Shown: positions 50,019 through 60,523 of the stretch, piece after piece
Numbering within the stretch: position 1 is the first letter of the stretch
Layout: every line of letters begins with the position of its first letter
Assembly: GCA_963779415.1 (NCBI GenBank)
Contig: CAVZYA010000002.1
Location: forward strand, 832,001-896,000
From: an uncultured Acidobacteriota bacterium
GTDB taxonomy: Bacteria > Acidobacteriota > Thermoanaerobaculia > UBA5066
Length of the DNA stretch: 64,000 nucleotides
Reading direction: 5' to 3'
Made by a program: the position numbers and the translations under genes
The notes under the pieces: generated by a model
Database searches by the model: none
What the model was told of the DNA's origin: nothing
Seen by the model: the letters and a program-made list of their open reading frames with translations, nothing else

Positions 50019-53000
50019 CTAGACGGTCCGGAGATCCCGGAGCGAGAGCCCGCGCTCCAGCCACTGGTTCGAGATCTTCTCCGGCAGGGCGTTCTGCGCG
50101 AGGCGCGCGCGGAGATGCTCCCAGTCGAGGTCGTCGAGGCACTGGTCCTGGTTCATGCAGGTGAAGACGAAGGACTCCTTCTTCGTCACCGGATCGACGT
50201 GCCGCTGGAGGCACTGCGCGCAGACCTCCTTCATCATGCACTGCATCGGCGAGTTGATCGACCCGATGCCGACGTGCTCGTCGCGGAGATACGGCTTCAG
50301 GACGCCGTGCCGCGCCGCCGTGACGGCGGCCATCATCCGGTCCGAGCCGATGGCGATGACGCGCTCCGCGTCGGCGAGCGGGATCGGGATCGCCCCGAGC
50401 TTTCCGGTGGCGTAGGCGGTCATCGCCTCGACGATGTTCCCGACGAAGGCGAAGTCGCTCTTCCGGCGGGCCGGGATCCCGGGCTCGCGGTCGACCGTGA
50501 AGACGACGACGTCCGCCCCCGCCTCGATCTCCTCGCGCTTGTAGAAGTCCTCCGCCTTCTTGTAGCCGGCGAAGTAGAGGACCTTGTTGCCGCGCTGGCG
50601 GGCGGCGCGGCCGATCGAGAAGAGGACGGCGTTGCCGAGGCCCCCGCCGCAGAGGACGACGGTGGAGTTCTCCGGGAGCTCCGTCGGGGCGCCCGTCGGG
50701 CCCATCACGACGACGGGCTCTCCGGGACGGAGGACGCCGACGAGGCGCGTGGAGACGCCGATCTCGAGGGCGATCATCGAGAGAAGCCCGTTCTCCTTGT
50801 CGACCCATGCTCCGGTCAGGGCACACGGCTCGATCAGGGCGGGGATCTCGGGGCCTTCCCGGCGCGCCCGGGAGGAGCGGTGCGTAGGCCTCGTAGTTCT
50901 GGAGCCGGTAGAACTGCCCCGGCTGGAAGTTCCGGGCGGCCTGCGGAGCCCGGACGAGGACCTCCACGATCGTCGGCGTCAGCCGATCCACCTTCACGAC
51001 GCGGGCCCGGAGAAGGTCATCGGTCATCGCCGCGAGGAGCGCCCACGCGGCGTCCCGCGCCGGCTGGCCGGCGGGATCGAGCGCGTCCAGCTCGTCGGCG
51101 AAAAGCTCGCGGATTCTCGGCGCGCCGTCGCGCGCCGAAGCCATCGCCTTCACGACGGAACCGGCATAGACGGGATGGTTGTCGCCGAAGTACGTCAGGA
51201 ACTTCCCCTTGTACTCACCGCCGGTGAAGAACGCGCCGACCCCGTCGTCCTTCGGCACCAGCCGAAAAACCGTCTTTCCGTCTGATCCCGACTTTTCGAC
51301 GACATGCGGACGGAAGAACTTCTGTTTCGCGTCGAGCGGAAGAGTCCCGGGAAACTCCTTCCCGTAAGTTATGTTCGGCGTCGTCCCGGCCGCGATGAGG
51401 AGAGTCCGGCAGGGGAGCGTGACGGTGGACCTGTCTTTCCGGCGGCAGACGACGGCCGAGATCGCCCCGAACTCGTCCGGGACGCACTCGACGGGCTCGA
51501 GGTTCTCGGCGAAGCCGATCCCTTCCTCGAAGGCCTTGACGATCTCCTCGTGGTTGAGACGGTAGGCCGGCGACTCCTCCATCGACCGCCGGTAGGCGAG
51601 CGTCGAGCCCCCCCATCCCTTGAGAAGGCGGAGGAGGTCCGGCGTCCGCCCTTCCGCCTCGGCTTGCCTCCGTTCGGCGCGGATTTCGCGCGCATGGGCG
51701 ATCTGACGCGCGAGAATGGTCCGTTCCTCCGGGTTCATGGCGGAGAGGACGGCCTCCTCTCCCTTCTCGGCCGCGAGCGCCTCGAAGCGGGAGAGGATCT
51801 TCTCGACGTGGATCGGGTAGTACGCCAGCGACTCCGTCGCCGTGTCGATCGCCGTCAGGCCGCCGCCGATGACGACGACGGGCAGTTCGAGGTGGAGGTT
51901 CGCGAGGGCGTTCTGCTTGAAGGCGCCGGTCAGCTGGAGCGCCATCAGGAAGTCCGAGGCCTGCCGGACCCCCTTGATCAGGTTGTTCTTCATCTCGACG
52001 AGGGTGGGCCGTCCCGCCCCCGCGGCGATCGCGACGTGGTCGAAGCCGAAGTCGAACGCCTGGGCGTGCGTCAGCGTTCCGCCGAACCGGACGCCGCCGA
52101 AGATCTTCAGCGTCCGGCGCCGCGCGAGGTTCAGGTAGAGGATGTCGAGGAAGTTCTTGTCCCACCGGACGGTGATGCCGTACTCGGAGACGCCGCCGAA
52201 GCCCGTCAGCGGCCGCTCGTCGAGCCTCCGGAAGAGCGGCGCAGCGTCGCGCACCGGCTCGGGGGGCGTCGTGGCGGACCCCATCAGGCGCTCGGGGAGC
52301 GGCTCGATCTTGAGCCCGTCCACGGCGACGACGCCGAAGCCCTCGTTCAGGAGGTGGTGGGCCAGGGTGTACCCGGCGGGGCCGAGCCCGACGACGAGAA
52401 CGTTCCTCCCGTTGTAGGGAAGGGCGACGGGGCGCCGGACGTTCAGCGGGTTCCAACGCGTCAGGAGCGACCAGATCTCGAAGCCCCACGGCATCGAGAG
52501 AACGTCGGTGAGAACCCCCGTCTCGGCCTGCGGGATGTCGACCGGGTCCTGCGTCTGGAAGATGCAGGCCTTCATGCAGTCGTTGCAGATCCGGTGGCCG
52601 GTGCCGGGGAGCATCGGATTGTCGATGCAGATCAGGGCCAGCGCGCCGAGGGCGTCCCCGTCCCGGCGGAGCGCGTGCATCTCGCCGATCTTCTCCTCGA
52701 GAGGGCAGCCGGCGAGGGGAACGCCGAGAGGATTCGACTTCACCTGGCCGTCCTTGTTCCGGAGCCCCTTCGTGCAGGAGTCCTTGTCCCGCTCCTGGCA
52801 GAGGAGGCAGTAGAACGTCTCGCCCGTCACCTCGCGGCGCGACTTCCGGCGGTCGGTCAGGTCGAATCCGTCGCGGTGACGCACGTGCGTCGGGAGGCCC
52901 GCCCGAAGCTCCGGGAGCGCCGGGTCGGGACGGGTCGTCGGGACGAGGGCGTCGAACCGGAACGGCTTCGGCAGGGCGAACGAGGCCCAGCGCTCCGTCC

Positions 53001-53661
53001 GCTCGCGGAGGGCGGGATCGACGCGAAGGAAGCCGACGTACGCGTCGAACGCCTCCGTCCACGCGGTGAGGAGCGCGGCGTCGCCCCCGGGGAGCGGCAG
53101 CTCCGTCCCCGTGGCCGCGGCGCGGAGGGCCGCCGTCCGTTCCCGCGCCGCCTCGGGAGAGAACGAGGCGTCCTTTCCCCTCGGAACGGCGAGCGAAGAG
53201 GAGAGGTCGAGGAGCGTTCCGCCGGCGCGCGCGACGCCGAGCTCTTCGTCCGGCGCCCTCTCCCCGAGGAGGGAGACGAGCGTGGCGCCGCGGCGGAGGA
53301 CGGCGGCGCGGTCGAGAGGCGCGAGCGACGCCACGTCCGGGAACTTTTTCGCGATCCGCTTCTGGAGGATCGAGAAGCGGAAACGGAAGAGGACGGCTTC
53401 CTCGCCGGTCCGGGCAAGAAGCGCCTCGCGCTCGGGGGCGACGCCGAAGAGTTCGGCGACGAAGCGCGACAGCTCCCGCGCCGCCTCGACGAGAAGGACC
53501 GAGAGGTCAACGGCGGGAAGCGCTTCGCCGGCACGGTAGCGCTCGAAGCGTGCGGCAAGGGGAGGAGTCGTCGCCTTCAGGCGTTCCCGGAAGAGCTTGT
53601 CGAGGTCGTCGAGGCGCGCGGGGTCGTGGAGGTCGGCATCGGAGAAACCGAGGTTCATCAT
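50019..53661 (-). CDS. Large Fe-S flavoprotein: GltD/NfnB-like domain fused to PyrK/NfnA-like domain (frameshift near 50850)
   Basis: CLLC..DSC, GCP, GTGHRICNDCMKAC, GLGPAG, GGGLTAID; then FQPGQFYRL, MGPTG, GGGLGNA, SPMQCMMKEVCAQC..FTC. Confidence 0.85.
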
Positions 53662-53714
53662 TGCTCCCTGGCATCAGGCTGGGGCGGAGCCGAAGCATAA
53701 TCTCATCCCGCGCC

Positions 53715-55547
53715 GTGTACGAGCCAAGTGGTCCACCGTACTCCATCTCCCCGCCGGAGATTCGCGCCGAGCGCGACCGGTTCCTCTCCGATTTCTCCCT
53801 CGAGCTCGTCGGAACCGAGGACGAGGCCGGGCTCCTCGGCTGGGCGGTGGGCGAGATCGGGCGCCTTCTCTCCGTCGACCGTGTCGGGCTCTTTCTCTTC
53901 GAGGGCCCGCCCGAGGAAGGGGTGATGGCGCTGCGCGCGACGTGGCACGCCGACGGCATTGCCCCTCTCCCGCAGAACGTGGAGAGCGAGAGGACCGAGA
54001 GCTGGGCGGAGGTACTCCGGAACCGGGTCCCGATCCTCGCGGCCGACGCTCTTTCCGAACCCGCCCTTTCGTCGATCGCGACCTGGCTCGAGCAGCTGGG
54101 TACGAAGTCGCTCCTGGCGGTTCCTCTCCTCGCCGGGGAAAGGTCGCTCGGCTTCGTGTCGGCGGCAGCCGTCCGCGAGAGGCGTGTCTGGACGGCGGAG
54201 GAAGCCGACTTCCTCCAGTCGGCGGCGCGGCACGTCGCGGCGGCGCTGAAGCAGGGCGAGCTTCTGGAGGAGCTCTCGCTCCAGCGGGACCGTCTCTCCG
54301 TCCTGCTCGACGTCGCCGCCGCCGTCCAGCAGTCCGGGACTTCGGAGGAGGTCATCCGGACGGCGCTCGAAAAGCTCCGGACGACGCTCGGATTCCGGGC
54401 CGGATTCTTCGCGCTTCTCTCCCCGGCCGGAGACGAAGCGGTGAGCGTCGGGATGTACGCTGCCGACGCCCGAAAGGCCGAGGAGCTTCCGACGACCTGG
54501 AGGCGCCGGCTCGACCCGGCCGTGCCGGGACCGAAGGAGCTGACCGTCCAGGTCATCGAGTCCGGACAGGCCATCGTCGTGGATGACCTGACGACCGATC
54601 CGCGGGCGGCGGCCTCGCGCCCTCTTCTCGGAAGGCTCGGCGTCGGCTCGACAGCGGTCTTTCCGATGCGGGCCGCCGGAAGGCTCGTCGGGATCATGTC
54701 CGTGGGGGGCCCGGCCGAGACGTGGAGCCTCGCCGCGGAGGATGCCGACGTCCTTCAGTCCCTCGCGGACTTCGTCGGTGTCGCGCTCGACCAGCGGCGG
54801 GTGACCGAGGCGCTCGAGCGCTCGAACCGCTTGAAGGACGACTTCCTCGCGAACCTTTCGCACGAGGTCCGGACACCCCTGACGGGGATCGTCGGCTGGA
54901 CGGAGGTTCTCCTCGACAGCGCTCCGGCGGACCCCGCGGCGCGCCGGGGGCTCGAGGCGATCCTCGCCCAGGCCTCGACCCTCTCCCGGATGCTGACCGA
55001 CCTGATCGACCTGTCGCGGATCGACAACTTCGGCCTCGAGCTGCGCCGGACGGCCGTCCGTCTCGGCGAGACGGTCGCCGCCGCGCTCGACACCGTCACG
55101 CCCGCGGCTTCGAAGAAAGGAGTCCCGATCGTCTGCGACGTCGCCCGGGACCTTCCGGATCTGGATGGCGATCCGGCGCGCCTTCAGCAGGTGGTCTGGA
55201 ACCTCCTGACGAACGCGGTGAAGTTCTCGCCGCCCGGCAAGCCCGTCCGGCTCGAGGCCCGGAGCTCTCCGGGGGGTGGCGTCGAGCTGATCGTGACGGA
55301 CGAAGGAGCGGGAATCGACCCGGGCTTCCTGCCGCACGTCTTCGACCGGTTCCGGCAGGAGGAAAGCTCCTCAAGCCGCCGGTACGGCGGCCTCGGCGTC
55401 GGTCTTTCCATCGCGCGCGCCATCGTGGAGGCGCATGGAGGGACGATCGAGGCGGCGAGCGAGGGTCGAGGCCGAGGCGCCCGTTTCTGCGTCACCTTCC
55501 CCCGGCGCACGGACGCGCGGGAAGCCCGGAGCGTTCTTGGTCCCTGA
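53715..55547 (+). CDS. Soluble GAF-GAF sensor histidine kinase
   Basis: SLLAVPL and STAVFPM GAF motifs; LSHEVRTPL, NLLTNAVKF, DEGAGI, GGLGVGL; start approximate. Confidence 0.88.
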   Translation: MYEPSGPPYSISPPEIRAERDRFLSDFSLELVGTEDEAGLLGWAVGEIGRLLSVDRVGLFLFEGPPEEGVMALRATWHADGIAPLPQNVESERTESWAEVLRNRVPILAADALSEPALSSIATWLEQLGTKSLLAVPLLAGERSLGFVSAAAVRERRVWTAEEADFLQSAARHVAAALKQGELLEELSLQRDRLSVLLDVAAAVQQSGTSEEVIRTALEKLRTTLGFRAGFFALLSPAGDEAVSVGMYAADARKAEELPTTWRRRLDPAVPGPKELTVQVIESGQAIVVDDLTTDPRAAASRPLLGRLGVGSTAVFPMRAAGRLVGIMSVGGPAETWSLAAEDADVLQSLADFVGVALDQRRVTEALERSNRLKDDFLANLSHEVRTPLTGIVGWTEVLLDSAPADPAARRGLEAILAQASTLSRMLTDLIDLSRIDNFGLELRRTAVRLGETVAAALDTVTPAASKKGVPIVCDVARDLPDLDGDPARLQQVVWNLLTNAVKFSPPGKPVRLEARSSPGGGVELIVTDEGAGIDPGFLPHVFDRFRQEESSSSRRYGGLGVGLSIARAIVEAHGGTIEAASEGRGRGARFCVTFPRRTDAREARSVLGP

Positions 55548-56229
55548 AGCCGCAACGCTTCTCGCGATCCTCCTCGCCGCCCCGGCCGGCGATCCGTCCG
55601 GCCCCTGGGACCGCTGGCACTTCGTCTTCGGGAAGGAGGTGGAGATGTCGATTCTCTTTCGCCGCGACGCGGCCGGCGACGAGACCCGCCTTCTCGTCAG
55701 GAGCGAAGCGGGGAGCTTCGAGCTTTCCTCGCATCAGGACCCGTCGGGTAACGACTCGACGGAATCCGTGAGATGGCTGGCAACGGGGGAGACCCTGGAG
55801 CGGAGGATTCTTCTGAAAGGATGGGAAGCGGTGGCGGGTTGCGAGGACACGCATCGACCCGATGCCTGCCTCCTGTGGAGGGGAGCAAACGGCAGCGTCG
55901 CCTCGAGGATGTCGCAATTCTCGGGAGAGGCCGCACGCGCGGCAAGGCATCAGGTGGCCGCCATCGTCTCTCCGGCCTTCAAAGAACATCTCTTCTCCCT
56001 CGCGGAGATCTTTCCCTTGATGGCCGAGTTCGGCTCGTACACGAGCGACTTCCTCGGCCTCGTCTGGCCCGACCCGTTCCGCCGCCCGGCGGCCTTGCGA
56101 AAGGGGACGCGAACGCGCGGCTGCGACTTCGATGCGCTCTTCGGCCATCCCTGCTCGGCGGTCGAGCGTGAGCGGGAGGAGAAGCGGCCGGGGGCCGGCC
56201 CGCAAAGGGTCCCCGGCTCCGCGGGGTAA
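55537..56229 (+). CDS. Hypothetical secreted protein
   Basis: Hydrophobic N-terminus, fills the gap between kinase and helicase, paired Cys; start uncertain. Confidence 0.5.
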   Translation: MVPEAATLLAILLAAPAGDPSGPWDRWHFVFGKEVEMSILFRRDAAGDETRLLVRSEAGSFELSSHQDPSGNDSTESVRWLATGETLERRILLKGWEAVAGCEDTHRPDACLLWRGANGSVASRMSQFSGEAARAARHQVAAIVSPAFKEHLFSLAEIFPLMAEFGSYTSDFLGLVWPDPFRRPAALRKGTRTRGCDFDALFGHPCSAVEREREEKRPGAGPQRVPGSAG

Positions 56230-56238
56230 TCTCGCGGC

Positions 56239-58341
56239 ATGTCCGACGAGAAGCCTGCGCCGCGCCGCTACGTCCTCCGGCGGACGGGGAGCGCGAAGAG
56301 CTACCGCGTCGACTACGGCCGCGAGCTGAACGACGAGCAGCGGGCCGTCGTCTTCGCGCCGGACGGCCCGACCCTCGTCGTGGCCGGAGCCGGATCGGGG
56401 AAGACGCGGACGCTCGTCTACCGCGTCTCGCGCCTCCTCGAGGACGGAGTCGACCCGGCCTCGCTCATGCTCCTCACGTTCACGAACCGCGCGGCGCGCG
56501 AGATGAAGCGGCGGGTGGAGGGGCTCGCCGGCGCGGACCTCGTCCGAATGACGGCGGGGACGTTCCACGCCGTCGGAGCGCGGCTCCTCCGGCCCCACGC
56601 TGACCTTCTCGGCTACCGCCCGAACTTTTCCATCCTCGACTCGGAGGATGCGAAGGACCTCCTCGAGTCGGCCACGTCGGACCTCGGGATTCCGGTGACC
56701 GAGCGCCGCTTCCCGAAGGGAGACCTCCTCCACGCGATCGTCTCCTTCTGCGTCAACACGGAACGGCGGCTCGACGACGTCCTCGCGGCCGACTACCCGC
56801 ACTTCCTTCCCCAGATCGACGCGATCCGGGCGGTCGTCGAGCGGTACCGCGAGCGGAAGGTCGCCGCGAACGGGATGGACTACGACGACCTCCTTTTGAA
56901 CTGGCGGCGGCTGCTCGTGGAGCACGAGGGGGTCCGGAAGACGCTGGCGCATCGCTTCCGGCACGTCCTCGTCGACGAGTACCAGGACGTGAACCGGCTG
57001 CAAGCGGATCTCGTCGACCTCCTCGTCTCGGACGCGCCGACGAAGAACGTCATGGTCGTCGGCGACGACGCGCAGTCGATCTACTCGTTCCGCGGCGCCG
57101 ACTTCGAGGCGCTCCTGACCTTTCCGGACCGCTACCCGGGGGCGGCCGTCTTCAGGCTGGAGACGAACTACCGCTCGACGCCGGAGATCCTCCGCCTTGC
57201 CGATGCCTCGATCGCGCACAACACGCGCCGGTTCGAGAAGACGCTCCACCCGGTCCGGCCGCCGGGGGTCCCGGTCTCCGTCGTCGGGACGGCCGACGTC
57301 GCGCAGCAGGCGGAGTTCGTGGCCCAGCGGGTTCTCGAGCTCCGGGACGAAGGGCTGCCGCTCACCGAGATCGCGGTCCTGTACCGGGCGCACCATCAGG
57401 CCCTCGAGCTTCAACTGGAGCTGTCGCGGCGGGGGATCCCGTACGAGGTCCGCTCGGGGGTCCGCTTCTTCGAGCAGCAGCACGTCAAGGACGTCCTCGC
57501 CCATCTCCGACTCCTCGTGAACCCGAAGGACGAGACCTCGTTCAAGCGGGCGCTGAAGCTCCTGCCGAAGGTGGGGGAGCGGACGGCGGCGACCCTCTGG
57601 ATGGCGGTCTCGGGTTCGGCGGATCCGATCGCCGGCTTCCTCGGCCTCGATCTGGGGCGAGCGCCCGCCGGCGCTCGGGCCGGGCTCGAGCGCTTCGCTT
57701 CGGCGCTCCGGACGCTCCGGAAGGCGTCCTATCTCTCCTCGCCGGCGGAGGCGATCCGCTTCGTCGTGGAGGAAGGGGGCTACGCGGAGCTCTCCCGCTC
57801 GCGCTTCCCGAACTGGCAGGCCCGGCTGGACGACCTCGAAGCGCTCGCGCAGTTCGCGATGCCCTACGACGGGGTGGAGAGCTTCCTCTCGGAAGTGACG
57901 CTTTTCGGGGAGCCGGCCGGCGAGGAGACGATCGCGGGAGAGAACGAAGACGAGCGGCTCGTTCTCTCGTCCATCCATCAGGCCAAGGGACTCGAGTGGC
58001 GGGCGGTCTTCGTCATCGGCCTCGTCGAGGACCGGTTCCCGAACGTCCGCGCCTCGAAGACCGCCGAAGGGCTGGAAGAGGAGCGGCGGCTCTTCTACGT
58101 CGCCGCGACGCGGGCGAAGGACGAGCTGGCCCTCGTTCATCCGCTCGCCTCCTTCGACCGGTACGGGATGATCATCGTCACGGAGCCGTCCCGCTTCCTG
58201 CGCGAGCTTCCGGACGGCCTCTACGAGCGGTGGGTCCTCGAGCCGGGGCCGCCGTCTCTCGAGGCGCCGTCCGCGCCGCGCGCACTCGCCGCGCCGGACG
58301 ATCCGACCGCGATTCCGGACGACGAAGAGCCCGTGAACTGA
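56239..58341 (+). CDS. UvrD/PcrA/Rep-family DNA helicase
   Basis: AGAGSGKT, LTFTNRAA, VDEYQD, VGDDAQSIYSFRGA, NYRS, IHQAKGLEW, EERRLFYVAATRA. Confidence 0.93.
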   Translation: MSDEKPAPRRYVLRRTGSAKSYRVDYGRELNDEQRAVVFAPDGPTLVVAGAGSGKTRTLVYRVSRLLEDGVDPASLMLLTFTNRAAREMKRRVEGLAGADLVRMTAGTFHAVGARLLRPHADLLGYRPNFSILDSEDAKDLLESATSDLGIPVTERRFPKGDLLHAIVSFCVNTERRLDDVLAADYPHFLPQIDAIRAVVERYRERKVAANGMDYDDLLLNWRRLLVEHEGVRKTLAHRFRHVLVDEYQDVNRLQADLVDLLVSDAPTKNVMVVGDDAQSIYSFRGADFEALLTFPDRYPGAAVFRLETNYRSTPEILRLADASIAHNTRRFEKTLHPVRPPGVPVSVVGTADVAQQAEFVAQRVLELRDEGLPLTEIAVLYRAHHQALELQLELSRRGIPYEVRSGVRFFEQQHVKDVLAHLRLLVNPKDETSFKRALKLLPKVGERTAATLWMAVSGSADPIAGFLGLDLGRAPAGARAGLERFASALRTLRKASYLSSPAEAIRFVVEEGGYAELSRSRFPNWQARLDDLEALAQFAMPYDGVESFLSEVTLFGEPAGEETIAGENEDERLVLSSIHQAKGLEWRAVFVIGLVEDRFPNVRASKTAEGLEEERRLFYVAATRAKDELALVHPLASFDRYGMIIVTEPSRFLRELPDGLYERWVLEPGPPSLEAPSAPRALAAPDDPTAIPDDEEPVN

Positions 58342-58370
58342 AGCGCCCCCGGGGATTGCCCGGAGGCGCT
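58342..58370. terminator. GC hairpin between convergent genes
   Basis: AGCGCC-CCCGGG..CCCGGA-GGCGCT imperfect inverted repeat; no T tract. Confidence 0.4.
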
Positions 58371-58393
58371 CGGAAGGCGGGAAGGCGCGAGGA

Positions 58394-60370
58394 TTACTTG
58401 CCGCCGACGACCTTCACGACGGCGGTGGAGCCGGGGATTTTCTCCCCCTCCATCGGTTCGAAGCGGCCGCCGAGACAGCCGGACAGGAACTTCTCCGCCC
58501 GGGCGTTGAAATCGATCCGGTTCTCGGGGCGGGCGAAGCCGTGCCCCTCGTCCGGGTAGAGGACGTAGGTCACGCTCCCCCTGTTCTTCTCGATCGCCTC
58601 GACGATCTGCTCGGATTCCTTCACGTTCACGCGCGGGTCGTTGGCTCCCTGACCGATCAGGAGTGGCTTCGTGATCCTGTCGGCTTTGAAGAGCGGCGAG
58701 GCGTTCCGGATCAGCTCGGCGTCCTTCGGGTCGTCGACGTTCCCCATCCGGACGTCGAACTGGGCGCGCATCGGTTTCCAGTAGGGCGGAATCGAAGCGA
58801 TGAGCGTCTTCAGGTTGGACGGGCCGACGATGTCGACGTTGCAGGCGAAGAACTCCGGCGTGAAGGCGGCCGAGGCGAGGGCGGCGTAGCCACCGTACGA
58901 GCCGCCGAAGGTCGCGATCCTCTTCGGGTCGGCGACTCCCTCGGCGATGGCCCATTTCGCGGCGTCGATCAGGTCGTCGTGCATCTTCAGGCCCCACTGC
59001 CTGTTTCCGGCATTGAGGAACGCCTTCCCGTAGCCGGTCGAAGCGCGGTAGTTGACCTGGAGGACGGCGTAGCCGCGGTTCGCGAGCCACTGGGCATACG
59101 GGTTGTAGCCCCAGACGTCGCGGCCCCACGGGCCGCCGTGGACGAAGAGGACCATCGGGAGGTTCTTCGGCGGAAGGCCGGCGGGGAGCGTCAGGTAGGA
59201 GTAGAGATTCAGGCCGTCGCGGCTCCTGATGACGACCGGCTTCATTGCCGAGAGGGCGAGGCCGGAGAGCTTCGGCTGCGAGAAGAACATGAAGTCGCCC
59301 TTCTTCGCCGTCCGGTCCCAGCGGTAGAAGGCGGTGGGCCCGCGGTCGGAGGTGAAGGCGACGAGCCAGACGTCGTCCTTCGACGTCCGGTTCACGAGGC
59401 TGAAGTCGCCATCGTGGAGCTTCCTTATCCCTTCGAAGTCGGCCTTCACGGCCGGATCGGTCACCGTCCACTCGGCGCGCCCCGGGGCGAAGAGAACGGC
59501 TTCGAGAGTCCGCGTCTTCGGATTGACGAGAAGCGTCTCGGCGTCGACGACCTCCGAGGAGGCGAGGACGGTCTCGGCGCCCGTGGCGATGTTGCGTCTC
59601 ACGGCCCGCGCCTTGTCGCTGCCGATGGAGGAGATCAGGTAAGCCTCTTTTCCGTCGGCCGTGAAGTCGACGAAGACGAGGATCTCCTCGGGGCCGACCT
59701 TGATCCATGGCCTGAAGGGCGATTTCGCGTCGTCGCGGATCCGGATCTCGGTCCCGCCGTCTCCTGTCGAAACCGTGGCCGCGCGGACCTGGAGCTTCGC
59801 GTCGGTGTCCCAGCCGGCGACGTCGCCCGGGTTCTCGGCGTCGAGGACGAGGCCGCCCGTCCTGAGATTCAGACGATGCACGTCCATGAGCTCACGGTTC
59901 CGGAGGTTCATCTCGACCAGGACCTCGTCGGGGAAGTCGGGGTTCGTGTCGACGAGCCCCGCGCGCACGCCCTGGAACGGCGTGTAGTCGCGCACGTTGC
60001 CGGACGCGAGATCGACCCCGTAGAGGTGGAAGTTCTCGTCGCCGTCGTTGTCCTGCACGTAGAGGAGGGTCCGGTTGTCCTTGGCCCAGGAGTACTGGCG
60101 GATGCCGCGCTTCCTGTCGGCGGTCACGATCTTCTCGTCGCCCTTGCCGACCGTCTTCACCCAGACCTGCAGGACGTTCTTCTTGTCGGGCGCGAGCCAG
60201 GCCAGGCGCGTCCCGTCCGGGGAGAGCCGGGGAGAGGTCCTCTCCGGGTTCCCGAAGAGGACGTCGCGGGAGATGAGCGGGGGCTGCTGGGCCGAGGCCG
60301 TCGCCGTCGGGAAGGCGAAGGCGGCGAGGATCAGGGCCGGCAGCGCCCTCCAGAACCGGTGGGTTTTCAT
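58394..60370 (-). CDS. Secreted S9 prolyl oligopeptidase family peptidase
   Basis: Signal peptide, VHGGPW, GGSYGGY, GANDPRV, PDEGHGF. Confidence 0.93.
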   Translation of the reverse strand: MKTHRFWRALPALILAAFAFPTATASAQQPPLISRDVLFGNPERTSPRLSPDGTRLAWLAPDKKNVLQVWVKTVGKGDEKIVTADRKRGIRQYSWAKDNRTLLYVQDNDGDENFHLYGVDLASGNVRDYTPFQGVRAGLVDTNPDFPDEVLVEMNLRNRELMDVHRLNLRTGGLVLDAENPGDVAGWDTDAKLQVRAATVSTGDGGTEIRIRDDAKSPFRPWIKVGPEEILVFVDFTADGKEAYLISSIGSDKARAVRRNIATGAETVLASSEVVDAETLLVNPKTRTLEAVLFAPGRAEWTVTDPAVKADFEGIRKLHDGDFSLVNRTSKDDVWLVAFTSDRGPTAFYRWDRTAKKGDFMFFSQPKLSGLALSAMKPVVIRSRDGLNLYSYLTLPAGLPPKNLPMVLFVHGGPWGRDVWGYNPYAQWLANRGYAVLQVNYRASTGYGKAFLNAGNRQWGLKMHDDLIDAAKWAIAEGVADPKRIATFGGSYGGYAALASAAFTPEFFACNVDIVGPSNLKTLIASIPPYWKPMRAQFDVRMGNVDDPKDAELIRNASPLFKADRITKPLLIGQGANDPRVNVKESEQIVEAIEKNRGSVTYVLYPDEGHGFARPENRIDFNARAEKFLSGCLGGRFEPMEGEKIPGSTAVVKVVGGK

Positions 60371-60523
60371 CCGTTTTCCTCCTGAAGGTTCCTTGAATTC
60401 AGCCACTTGCGGCTTGGGACCAACCCGGGGGTCGCGGGAACCTTTCCGGGCCGGTCGCGTATCTCAAATTAACGTGGTCGGTGGCGAAATGTTTCCGGAA
60501 CCCGTGAACTGAGAAAGGCCGCC

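Noticed and set aside
13621-58140. Long antisense or alternate-frame ORFs (e.g. 13621-16560, 28517-31033, 34539-37151, 51304-53700, 55492-58140)
   Set aside because: Shadow ORFs of high-GC genes; Arg/Pro/Gly-rich, without motifs.
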